Virus record (IMG/VR): IMGVR_UViG_3300001202_000001
Reading direction: 5' to 3' (one strand)
Source of the DNA: a virus
Length of the DNA: 64,000 nt
Translations under genes and position numbers: made by a program
Shown here: positions 18,899 to 26,994 of the stretch, piece by piece
How the letters are laid out: each line of letters begins with the position of its first letter
How positions within the stretch are numbered: the first letter of the stretch is position 1
The notes under the pieces: model-generated
Seen by the model: the letters and a program-made list of their open reading frames with translations, nothing else
Databases searched by the model: none
What the model was told of the DNA's origin: nothing

Positions 18899-20157
18899 TA
18901 TTTGTCTCCACGATTAGCTTTCAAGAAAGCCATCTTTTTTGCTTGCTCTGATTCAGAGGCTGCTGGTGTAGTACCTGCTGCACCGCTTTCAGAAGCGTGT
19001 AACTGGTGTAGGGCTACGCCAGTCTCCTTAATGAAATCAACCTTTTGGGTTGCAGTCATGTTTGCTGTATCAACATCTTTCTTACCAGATGCTGTAACTG
19101 CGGCAGCGAGTTGAGTGTCCATGAAGTCAGTAACAATCTTTAGCTCAGCTTTGGAATCCGCAGGAGCGTCTTCAAGTTTAGCTTTAAGGTCAGTTACCTC
19201 AGTTTCAAGGGCAGTCTTATCGGCTGTCAGTGTTGCCACTGATGCAGTTAATTCGGTGTTGGAAGCAGTTAGTTCAGTAACCTTAGCATCGGATGCGTCG
19301 AGTTTCGCTGTAAGTTGTCCTACTTCTGCACCTTTGTCGGCTAGTTGTGATAGAATCAATTTAGCGTCCATATCAAAGTCTCCTTTGGGTGTAGTTTCCT
19401 TCGACGCTTTTTCCGTCGAAGAGAAAGTTACTAGGTCAGCAATGTCAAATTCAGCATTTGCTGCTAGTTTCCTGAACATACCACTATCCTCGTAAGTCTT
19501 AGATAGCTTCTGCTTGCTAGAGCTACTAATTGTAGCTCCGTTTGAAGCCCCGCGAACAACGAGGCTCAATTCTGTCCATGAACGTAAACCTTTAGCGATA
19601 CCGTGGGTCTCTCCAGCATCAATGCTGTTCCCTTCGTCATCTGTACGTTCATAAAAATTCATAATATCTGCATCTTCTCCGAACCAGTCGAACTGTGGGT
19701 TTGCAGATGAAAGTAGTTGTTTGAAAGCTGCACCAATGCTGACTTCTGAAATCAGTCCATTGTCAATATCTCTTGTGTGCTGCGCTCGGACTGTATTACC
19801 ATCAGTCTCAGGATTGGGCATGGCGAATAGAACTCTAAGCTCGTGATTAAGACCATCTTCCGTAGGATATACGGCTCCCTCAAAGGCTTTACCAGATGGT
19901 GTTACTTGGTCTCCACCAATATCGTGTTGTAGAATAAGAGGTACGAAGCCTCCTTCTGCGTTAAGTTGTGTGGCCATTTCCTGTAGAACTGATTCTAGGA
20001 TAGTGGCACGGTCAAAAATAGTTCCTCTTTTATTTAAAGGTCTAGTGGTTACAGCAACAGTTTCAAAGACATAGAAATTCTCTGCCTTGAGTTCAGGGTC
20101 ATCAAATCCACGTTGCATGGATTGTAGCATTCTGTCTGTAATGTTAATTCGTTTCAC
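18898..20157 (-). CDS. Prohead protease / scaffold fusion protein
   Basis: 419 aa. Globular N-terminal half and a C-terminal coiled coil (LTAKLDASDAKVTELTASNTELTASVATLTADKTALETEVTDLKAKLE). Lies upstream of the decoration and capsid genes. Confidence 0.5.
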   Translation of the reverse strand: MKRINITDRMLQSMQRGFDDPELKAENFYVFETVAVTTRPLNKRGTIFDRATILESVLQEMATQLNAEGGFVPLILQHDIGGDQVTPSGKAFEGAVYPTEDGLNHELRVLFAMPNPETDGNTVRAQHTRDIDNGLISEVSIGAAFKQLLSSANPQFDWFGEDADIMNFYERTDDEGNSIDAGETHGIAKGLRSWTELSLVVRGASNGATISSSSKQKLSKTYEDSGMFRKLAANAEFDIADLVTFSSTEKASKETTPKGDFDMDAKLILSQLADKGAEVGQLTAKLDASDAKVTELTASNTELTASVATLTADKTALETEVTDLKAKLEDAPADSKAELKIVTDFMDTQLAAAVTASGKKDVDTANMTATQKVDFIKETGVALHQLHASESGAAGTTPAASESEQAKKMAFLKANRGDK

Positions 20158-20222
20158 TAGAGTTACCTACTTATGTTGTTTTTAATACTTCAAGCCCTAT
20201 TTCATTGCAAGAATTATCTTCG

Positions 20223-20558
20223 TCATAGGGACGCTTTCACTGCGTCCTTAATTCCTTGAATATTGCCAGCGAGGATTAAAGTATCGAATGCGCCAGCGTT
20301 TAATTGGTGTTCAATACTGTTATGAATACTGTTAAATTCAGTCGCTACTTGTTTTCGTCCTTCCAACAAAACATACTCGCTCATAAAGGCGGCAGCTACT
20401 CCAGATGCGTGTTGTTGGAACGTAACAGGATTTGGAATCATAGGATACATGTCTCCTTCCATTTCCTGCGTAGTATCTTCAATGGTTGGTGTCCATCCTC
20501 GTGCCATAGCTAAAGCCATTGCTACACTATCCTGAATTTCGAATGCAATTTGCGCCAT
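20223..20558 (-). CDS. Hypothetical protein (possible fibre accessory)
   Basis: Start moved to the ATG in the TAATG overlap with the upstream stop (MAQIAFEIQ...). 111 aa. Confidence 0.5.
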   Translation of the reverse strand: MAQIAFEIQDSVAMALAMARGWTPTIEDTTQEMEGDMYPMIPNPVTFQQHASGVAAAFMSEYVLLEGRKQVATEFNSIHNSIEHQLNAGAFDTLILAGNIQGIKDAVKASL

Positions 20559-22093
20559 TATGCAAGCTCCCATGTTTCAACGCCAGTAGGGGCGATTTTT
20601 CTCTTATATAGTAAACCATCAGTACCAGTTGTGATTTCTGCTTTTAAATGAGCAGGTGTCCAACCTAGTGATAGGGTTTCGTCATCCTGTGTCACAATAG
20701 CCGTTGTGGTCGTGCCATTCTGTGAACGAATAGTTGGAACGTAAGTAGGTGTACCATTTTGCACAACTACTGTAATAGGAACATCGGCTGTAACAATACC
20801 TGCTAGGAGTGCTCCATTAAGTGTTATAGAACCAGTTGATGTTTCATTAGCCACCAAACCTGCTGAAGGATGTAGCTGGTCTTCGGGTGTGGTTACTGTA
20901 ACACCGTTTCTCAATAAAGGTACTGTGTAAGCTAAATCCAGATTGCCTGTCGTCGTATTATATTCCCATACCTTAGCCTCTCCTTCGTAAGGTGAAGCGA
21001 TTGCAACTCCAGAATCTCCACCATCTCCTGTGTCGGCAATAAATAGAGGTTGGGCAACAACTTGTGACATTGCAGAAACTGGCATGGCTGGAGAAGCTTC
21101 AAGACCAGCCGAGTCAGCACCTGAATACCAACATCCCAAACCTGTGATTAGAGTTCTTGTAGCACCATTAGGTTCATAATCCGTATCAGTAGCACCAGTT
21201 GCTGCGTCAATCGCTGTTGGGCTTCCTGCTGATGTTGTGAATGTTCCCTGTGCTCCATCCCTTACATAGTACCTAGTAAGCACATTCTGATAAGGAGTGG
21301 AGAAATCTCCAGAGCGGGGCCATGAAATCAGGTCATTTGATAAAGGCATGATAAGTCGGCTATCATAGAATCTACCAACTGGGTTAGAATCCATTTGGGC
21401 GCTGTGACAGGCCATCACTGGATTGGTCGAACTGATAATATATTCTTGGTTGCCACTGGTGTATAATCTTCTGTATTCCCAAGGGTCTAATTCAATATTT
21501 TCCTGACCTTGAACAGTTACACCTGCACCATTGGTGAATTTTAATGTTGAAGCGATTGGCCCATTAACGATATGCACCCAACCTTGGTTGGTAGACGTTC
21601 CAGTAGGGTTATAAGTTTGACCATTTCTGAAACAGTACATAAAAGTTTCTTTAAAAGATAGCCCATAAGACAATAGAGGCATAGGACTTTCATCTGAGGC
21701 ATCTACTTGTTCTGAAAAACCGTAGAAACCTTGTGTTGAAGTAATGATAGCTCCAACTGGAACCCCTGTGAAACAGATAGGTTCTCCATAATTCATAAAT
21801 TCTGGCCCGTAAAGGGGAGTATTAGCTGTGAAATCAGCGCCACTAGCATAAACAAATACTGTGTTACCTGCTCCCAAAGATACTCCTTGTACCTTTCCAG
21901 AAGTAGTGTACCCCACGGCCAAGACCGTGAGGGCTGGTTGACCCGCAGCCGCGAGTAAACCTTGTTGTAAACCTAGTGTGCTACCAGATGCAACGGCTCC
22001 AGCCGCCTCTGGTGTTACAGAGGTGGCTTGAAGAGTTCTAATATCAGCGCCGACAGTCTGAAAAGCTGTCTCTAGGTTATCTTTTTGTGCCAT
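20558..22093 (-). CDS. Fibre/spike-like structural protein
   Basis: Start moved to ATG 22093 (MAQKDNLETAFQTVGADIRTLQ), 5 nt after the upstream stop. 511 aa, Gly/Thr/Ser-rich. N-terminus is paralogous to the 190-aa upstream protein. Confidence 0.5.
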   Translation of the reverse strand: MAQKDNLETAFQTVGADIRTLQATSVTPEAAGAVASGSTLGLQQGLLAAAGQPALTVLAVGYTTSGKVQGVSLGAGNTVFVYASGADFTANTPLYGPEFMNYGEPICFTGVPVGAIITSTQGFYGFSEQVDASDESPMPLLSYGLSFKETFMYCFRNGQTYNPTGTSTNQGWVHIVNGPIASTLKFTNGAGVTVQGQENIELDPWEYRRLYTSGNQEYIISSTNPVMACHSAQMDSNPVGRFYDSRLIMPLSNDLISWPRSGDFSTPYQNVLTRYYVRDGAQGTFTTSAGSPTAIDAATGATDTDYEPNGATRTLITGLGCWYSGADSAGLEASPAMPVSAMSQVVAQPLFIADTGDGGDSGVAIASPYEGEAKVWEYNTTTGNLDLAYTVPLLRNGVTVTTPEDQLHPSAGLVANETSTGSITLNGALLAGIVTADVPITVVVQNGTPTYVPTIRSQNGTTTTAIVTQDDETLSLGWTPAHLKAEITTGTDGLLYKRKIAPTGVETWELA

Positions 22094-22097
22094 GATT

Positions 22098-22670
22098 TTA
22101 AGCAGCATCCCTCGCAGTTGTATATGCCGCAGCATAATCAAATGTAGGGTCACCAATGCCAAGGTTGGTACAAGCTGTTAGTTGCTGTGGGGCTGTTAGA
22201 GATTGTGCAGAATCGTAACGAAGACGATTATCCATAGCAGTCAATAGTCCTGCAATAACTGTATCATCAGCTTGTAATTCATTTTGAATTTCAATCAATG
22301 AGTCATAAGCAGCACCAGCACCATTAGTAATCTGGTTAACAGCGGCAGTTGTCGCGGCAGAAATAGCTGCTGCTTCACGAGCGGCAACATGGTCTGATAC
22401 GTCTTGCGTACTTGCCCATGCGCTGATTGAAGGAGCGGCGATAGTTCCTTTAGCAGCTTGTACACGAGCGTCAGTTTCCGTCTGCCCCCAAGCTACACCC
22501 GCTGCGTCTACAGCAGCTTTTAGTTCATTCATAGCAAGAACAATGCTAGTTTTTTCAGTCGTCGTCAGGGCAGAAAGGTCAGCGGCTTTACCATTTAGTA
22601 AAGTCCAGATGACTTTAACGTCTGCTCCGACTGCGGAAGCGAATGCTTCAATATTTGCTTTTTGTGTCAT
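22098..22670 (-). CDS. Fibre-like protein
   Basis: 190 aa. LSALTTTEKTSIVLAMNELKAAV is a motif common in phage fibre N-terminal regions. Ala-rich helical remainder. Confidence 0.5.
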   Translation of the reverse strand: MTQKANIEAFASAVGADVKVIWTLLNGKAADLSALTTTEKTSIVLAMNELKAAVDAAGVAWGQTETDARVQAAKGTIAAPSISAWASTQDVSDHVAAREAAAISAATTAAVNQITNGAGAAYDSLIEIQNELQADDTVIAGLLTAMDNRLRYDSAQSLTAPQQLTACTNLGIGDPTFDYAAAYTTARDAA

Positions 22671-22679
22671 ACTGACCTC

Positions 22680-22922
22680 TTAAAGTTTTGCAACATTATA
22701 TAATGTTGTCAAATTAGCTAACGTACCCAAAGGGTCGTTTTCCTGAATGACGTCGATAATATCTTGGTCACTTACTGAGTCTTCTCCTTGTGGGCCTACC
22801 ACAACTCCAGTAATCGAAATTTCTGGAGGCGTTGTTTCTGCTACTAGGTCTACCTGAATATTTTGTGACTGTTTTGTAATCACAATGTTCGGTGACGAAA
22901 AGGTTGTGATTTCAATATCCAT
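22680..22922 (-). CDS. Hypothetical protein
   Basis: 80 aa ORF start/stop-coupled within the portal-proximal cassette. Confidence 0.5.
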   Translation of the reverse strand: MDIEITTFSSPNIVITKQSQNIQVDLVAETTPPEISITGVVVGPQGEDSVSDQDIIDVIQENDPLGTLANLTTLYNVAKL

Positions 22923-23251
22923 TACAACCTCGTGATTCCTCGTCGTAAGAAGATTTTACCCTCCGCGACAAATGCTTGGTCATCATCATCAAGCAACTCT
23001 ACAATATCGAAGTAATATTCCCCTTGAGTGAGCGTCCTTACAATGCTGTAAGGAACACTCATTCGCAGCACCCCGTTTGCCTCTGCTAGTAAAGTACCTG
23101 CTGTGGTACTTAGAATTAGTTCAGGACTGGTATTACGCAAATCAGACATGATACCCATTGCGAAATTCTTACCTGTAATATTTAGTGGTGTTCCAGCGGC
23201 GTCTTTTAGAACCAGACCCACATCCCATCTGCCGTTAGTTGGAAATGCCAT
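22922..23251 (-). CDS. Hypothetical beta-rich (Ig-like/BppU-N-like) protein
   Basis: 109 aa. WDVGLVLKDAAGTPLNITGKNFAMGI...GEYYFDIVEL pattern. ATGA-type coupling to the portal gene. Confidence 0.45.
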   Translation of the reverse strand: MAFPTNGRWDVGLVLKDAAGTPLNITGKNFAMGIMSDLRNTSPELILSTTAGTLLAEANGVLRMSVPYSIVRTLTQGEYYFDIVELLDDDDQAFVAEGKIFLRRGITRL

Positions 23252-24702
23252 TACTTACCTGCCTGATTACTTTTTGCAGCCCCATCCCCTTTAGATACAG
23301 ACCTGCCTAGTGGGTCTGCGTTAGGGCTAATATCGCTGTCTGCCCCATCCCCTGCTTCCACAGGATTTAGGAAGTTGGTTCCTGAGAAATCTTGAATACC
23401 ATCTGGTTTAGGTCTACCGAACATCTCTCTATGAAATTGTGTATCTGAAATTAGGCCGTAGCTAAGTAAGGTTAAGAACCTTGCTTGCTTAGTTGCCAAC
23501 TGTGGTTCAAGTTCGTCTGGTGGACGCATTTCTGCTTTCTTAAACTCAACTCTAACAATACTTTCTGAACCACCAAGGCGCATAGCATAGGTGAACATTT
23601 GGCTAAGGATATTAGCAACTGGAATATTTAACTGGTCAGAAGACATGGCGAAGATACGCGCTTCTGTGGTTGATGTGTTGATACCTGAATCGCCTCTACC
23701 AATAACTGTGGCCATTGTTTTAAGGGCTGATTGGTTGGCACTATTAAGCACTTCGATAATAGCCTTAACATCCATACTCTTTGAGGGGCCACCTTCGTTT
23801 AATAGACCCGCTTTAAACGCATCTGTGTGAACAAGGGCAGAATCTGCTCTTAGACCATTAACCTGTGCTGTGATTGCGTTAATCTGGTCAGCCATCCATT
23901 TCTTTGATAGAATAGGGTCGTCCTTGATATTTTCTGGCATAGACTTGCGTAGAACTTCCTCGGCTACCTCAATATCAATACGAGGGTAACCTGTTCTCTG
24001 CATAATCCTGTATAAATCATTGATAACCTGTTGTCTGGCTGCGATTGTGTTGACTGCTGCTGTGAAAGGTGAGCGGCTATAAATTTCAGTAGGATTCTGT
24101 CTGTAATCGTCATAGAAGAAATTTGAAATGTCCAAATTGATAGGGTCACCGTTCTGCTGCTCTTGAGAAGGTTTAAAGACATTGGGCTTGGTTTCAGTCC
24201 ATCGTAATGAGGCTGTGTCCACATGTTTAATTTCAGAGGGCTGTAAGAATTTATCAAAAACCAGTTCGTTACTGATTGAACCTCTCATAAGAAGCATGAA
24301 CTTCATATCAGTCGCAATCTGCTTGAGATTCTTTTTTCGCTGGAATTTCAAGGTATAGTCGCTAACAGTGGTCAAGGCTGTTACGAGTTTCTGTACGTCT
24401 CTTAAACCCTCTGAATCTTCTTCCCCTTCTAAATCTGTAACATGAATCTGATAATCCGTATCAGCTAGTGTCAAGTAAGCGTTTGCGGCTGCTGATACAT
24501 CAGGGTCTGAATACATCAGGGTCTTTACAAGCTCTTGGGTGTTATTTGCTGTCCTAGAAGTGAAAATATCTTCCAGATGCTCACGATAGGATGGAAGCGA
24601 GAGAGCGTTCCCCGTTCCGTCAAAGGTAGGCGTTGTAGAGACTGCCGCTTTCTTAGGATTTCCCTTTGGCGGCAGAATTTTAAAGGCGTCAAGAATGCTC
24701 AT
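23251..24702 (-). CDS. Portal protein
   Basis: 483 aa ORF immediately downstream of the large terminase. Size and order are typical. Confidence 0.75.
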   Translation of the reverse strand: MSILDAFKILPPKGNPKKAAVSTTPTFDGTGNALSLPSYREHLEDIFTSRTANNTQELVKTLMYSDPDVSAAANAYLTLADTDYQIHVTDLEGEEDSEGLRDVQKLVTALTTVSDYTLKFQRKKNLKQIATDMKFMLLMRGSISNELVFDKFLQPSEIKHVDTASLRWTETKPNVFKPSQEQQNGDPINLDISNFFYDDYRQNPTEIYSRSPFTAAVNTIAARQQVINDLYRIMQRTGYPRIDIEVAEEVLRKSMPENIKDDPILSKKWMADQINAITAQVNGLRADSALVHTDAFKAGLLNEGGPSKSMDVKAIIEVLNSANQSALKTMATVIGRGDSGINTSTTEARIFAMSSDQLNIPVANILSQMFTYAMRLGGSESIVRVEFKKAEMRPPDELEPQLATKQARFLTLLSYGLISDTQFHREMFGRPKPDGIQDFSGTNFLNPVEAGDGADSDISPNADPLGRSVSKGDGAAKSNQAGK

Positions 24703-24724
24703 TTATAAATTCCGCGAAAAGTAG

Positions 24725-26491
24725 TTAGTTCAATACACGACTTGACACTATTCTGTCAACTGTTTTTCCTCCCCCAAAACCAATCAAGTGGTCGTGTGGG
24801 TCTTTATCACCAAGTTGAGCACCTGCGATAATAATGGACTCTCGTTTGTCCTCTTTCAATTTAATCTCTACAAGCTCTTTAGCTTCTGGAGCCGCAAGTA
24901 AGTAACCAAGTGAATGGAAGAAATGGTCTCGGTTAGTCAATTTCTTCCAGACAGCAGCTTTTTCATCAACATCTTCACGAACCATGTCGCGCAAATGCAC
25001 CTCAAGGGTAGATTTATAAGTGCTATAACCCTCGAATTTCACATCCATTCTTTTCATACGAGTATGAACGAAGTCTAGGGAGCCTGTTCGGTCTAGCTGA
25101 TAATATTCAAGTTCTTTAAAGTCGTTGAGCTTAGCGCTGTTTCTGTTTGAGTATTGGGCAGGAACAATCTTACCGTTTGAGATTGCCATAATTTCTTCCG
25201 ACTTTGGAGTGTAGGGTTGTCTATCAATTAAACCCCCAACCAGATTATAGTCCTTCATAATCTGTTTAACTTCTTTGACCAAATCTCTAACAGGTACTGT
25301 TCTGAACGAGAATGGCTGCATATTGTTCTTGTTTGTACCTGTACCCAAGATGATGTTACAAATCTGACCCATATCAATACCAATCCATACAGGTCTGTCG
25401 CTACCGATGCTTGGTAGCAGAGGGGATACGTCTTTAAAGGCATGAGCGATAAGCTCGTGGGAAATCTGCATAGTACCGTCAGAATAAGGCTCACCGAGGG
25501 TTGTGTTGTAGAAACCCCTAACAAATTCCTTACCCTTATACTGGATAAGCTGTTTGATGATGTACTCTGGAGGCAAGCGGTCTGTAGAGAACGGCGAGAC
25601 TTTGTAGCCTCTGTATTCAGTAATGCTAGGGTGTGTAGCTACCCACTCTGTCAAACTGTAGTCCTTCATATCTAAAGGGGAGTGACACTTCTCACATTTC
25701 ACGTAGCAATCTTTGAAGTCGATGTGAGGAATGTGAACAGCCTCAATATCTGTTAGTAAGTCAACATCGTGAGGAAGACCTCCAACATGGACGAAGTTTC
25801 TGTTGAAAGCTGGTTCGTTGTGGTGGCCACAGGCTCCACACTTTCTTAGGAATACGTGCTTGTCTGATAATTCATATGTCTGGTGGACACCATAAGCTGG
25901 GAATGTGGGTGTAGAGAACTGCTGCTTCATCTTCCAGTCAGAGTTTTGCATACGAGAGTTTAGAAGGGCAATCATCTTCTGGTCTGATAAGTCAATTTCG
26001 TCAACGAACACTGCATCAGCGTCAATAGAGGTCGCGGCAGATTCGATAGCCGCAGCAATGTAAAGTTTGGAGCGACCAATCTCCATCAAATCTTTACGCC
26101 TGATGGGTTTCATAACTGTTGGGCCGTTAAACACCTTATCTGTCTGCACGATAGGTCTAATACGAGCATCCGAGATACGTGTGTACATGGCTTCGTTAGG
26201 TAAGGTATAAATCAGGCTTGTACCTTGGTTACGCATGAGGAATGCCAGTGCTTTACGAATCTGCCCCTCGGTTAGTCCAACCTGTGAGGGTTTGATGCAG
26301 CAGAGGTTCAAGTGCATGTCATTTAGGATTTGCGTCTGGAAAGGGTATCTGTTAGTGCTAAATGGCTTTCTATCGAGAGTCGTGTTGGCGGTCATCCACT
26401 CCACACCTGTCATATCTTTACTGTCTAACGAGAACCTATCGTTGATGCCTGACATTAAATTTTGAAATAATTGATTTTTCTGTTGACTCAT
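24725..26491 (-). CDS. terL: Terminase large subunit (lambda gpA-like)
   Basis: The track start 26518 is TTG. ATG 26491 (MSQQKNQ...) is preferred. P-loop-like IKPSQVGLTEG, Walker B-like AVFVDEIDLSD, and Cys pairs CGACGHH...CEKCHS. First gene of the late arm. Confidence 0.85.
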   Translation of the reverse strand: MSQQKNQLFQNLMSGINDRFSLDSKDMTGVEWMTANTTLDRKPFSTNRYPFQTQILNDMHLNLCCIKPSQVGLTEGQIRKALAFLMRNQGTSLIYTLPNEAMYTRISDARIRPIVQTDKVFNGPTVMKPIRRKDLMEIGRSKLYIAAAIESAATSIDADAVFVDEIDLSDQKMIALLNSRMQNSDWKMKQQFSTPTFPAYGVHQTYELSDKHVFLRKCGACGHHNEPAFNRNFVHVGGLPHDVDLLTDIEAVHIPHIDFKDCYVKCEKCHSPLDMKDYSLTEWVATHPSITEYRGYKVSPFSTDRLPPEYIIKQLIQYKGKEFVRGFYNTTLGEPYSDGTMQISHELIAHAFKDVSPLLPSIGSDRPVWIGIDMGQICNIILGTGTNKNNMQPFSFRTVPVRDLVKEVKQIMKDYNLVGGLIDRQPYTPKSEEIMAISNGKIVPAQYSNRNSAKLNDFKELEYYQLDRTGSLDFVHTRMKRMDVKFEGYSTYKSTLEVHLRDMVREDVDEKAAVWKKLTNRDHFFHSLGYLLAAPEAKELVEIKLKEDKRESIIIAGAQLGDKDPHDHLIGFGGGKTVDRIVSSRVLN

Positions 26492-26511
26492 GTATATGCC
26501 GTGGGTATAAA
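26483..26511 (+). promoter_or_regulatory. Sigma70-like early promoter TTGACT-17-TATAAA
   Basis: -35 at 26483-26488 and -10 at 26506-26511 with an exact 17-nt spacer. The -10 lies within the shared motif GTGGGTATAAA. AAGGAG RBS at 26522-26527 and ATG at 26534. Confidence 0.6.
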
Positions 26512-26533
26512 ACCTCAAATCAAGGAGATGACT

Positions 26534-26992
26534 ATGTCAGAAACACACACATATCCAGCTTTAGACGAAGGAAATATTAAAATCGTCCTCAAGCATCTGT
26601 CGGATAACCCACAGTACCTAAACGACGCTAATTGTCCTTACACCGAGGACACTAAGTCCCTATTCCTAAAGCCCACTTCTACAGATACTGGGAAGATTGT
26701 CAACAACATCCAGCGTCAGATAGATGTTCTGGATAAACTCAACGCTCAGCTTGAGCGCCAGAGTGAGCGTTTTGACAATGGGGAACTGGAACCATCAGAG
26801 GCTAATGCCTATTTCCGTCAAAGAATCAATGTAGCGCGAGAAATTCTCGAACTACAGGAGAAACTGGCCCACGTCCAGAATGTCCAAGCCTTTTATGCTC
26901 AAGTCATGGAAGTCATGGAAGATAACATGGATGTTGACCAAAGAGGAGCGGCCATTGGTCAGCTTCAAGCTATTATCGAAAAGGAAGGTTAA
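26534..26992 (+). CDS. Hypothetical coiled-coil protein, first early gene
   Basis: Start moved to ATG 26534, 6 nt after AAGGAG and downstream of the promoter. 152 aa. Confidence 0.6.
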   Translation: MSETHTYPALDEGNIKIVLKHLSDNPQYLNDANCPYTEDTKSLFLKPTSTDTGKIVNNIQRQIDVLDKLNAQLERQSERFDNGELEPSEANAYFRQRINVAREILELQEKLAHVQNVQAFYAQVMEVMEDNMDVDQRGAAIGQLQAIIEKEG

Positions 26993-26994
26993 AA

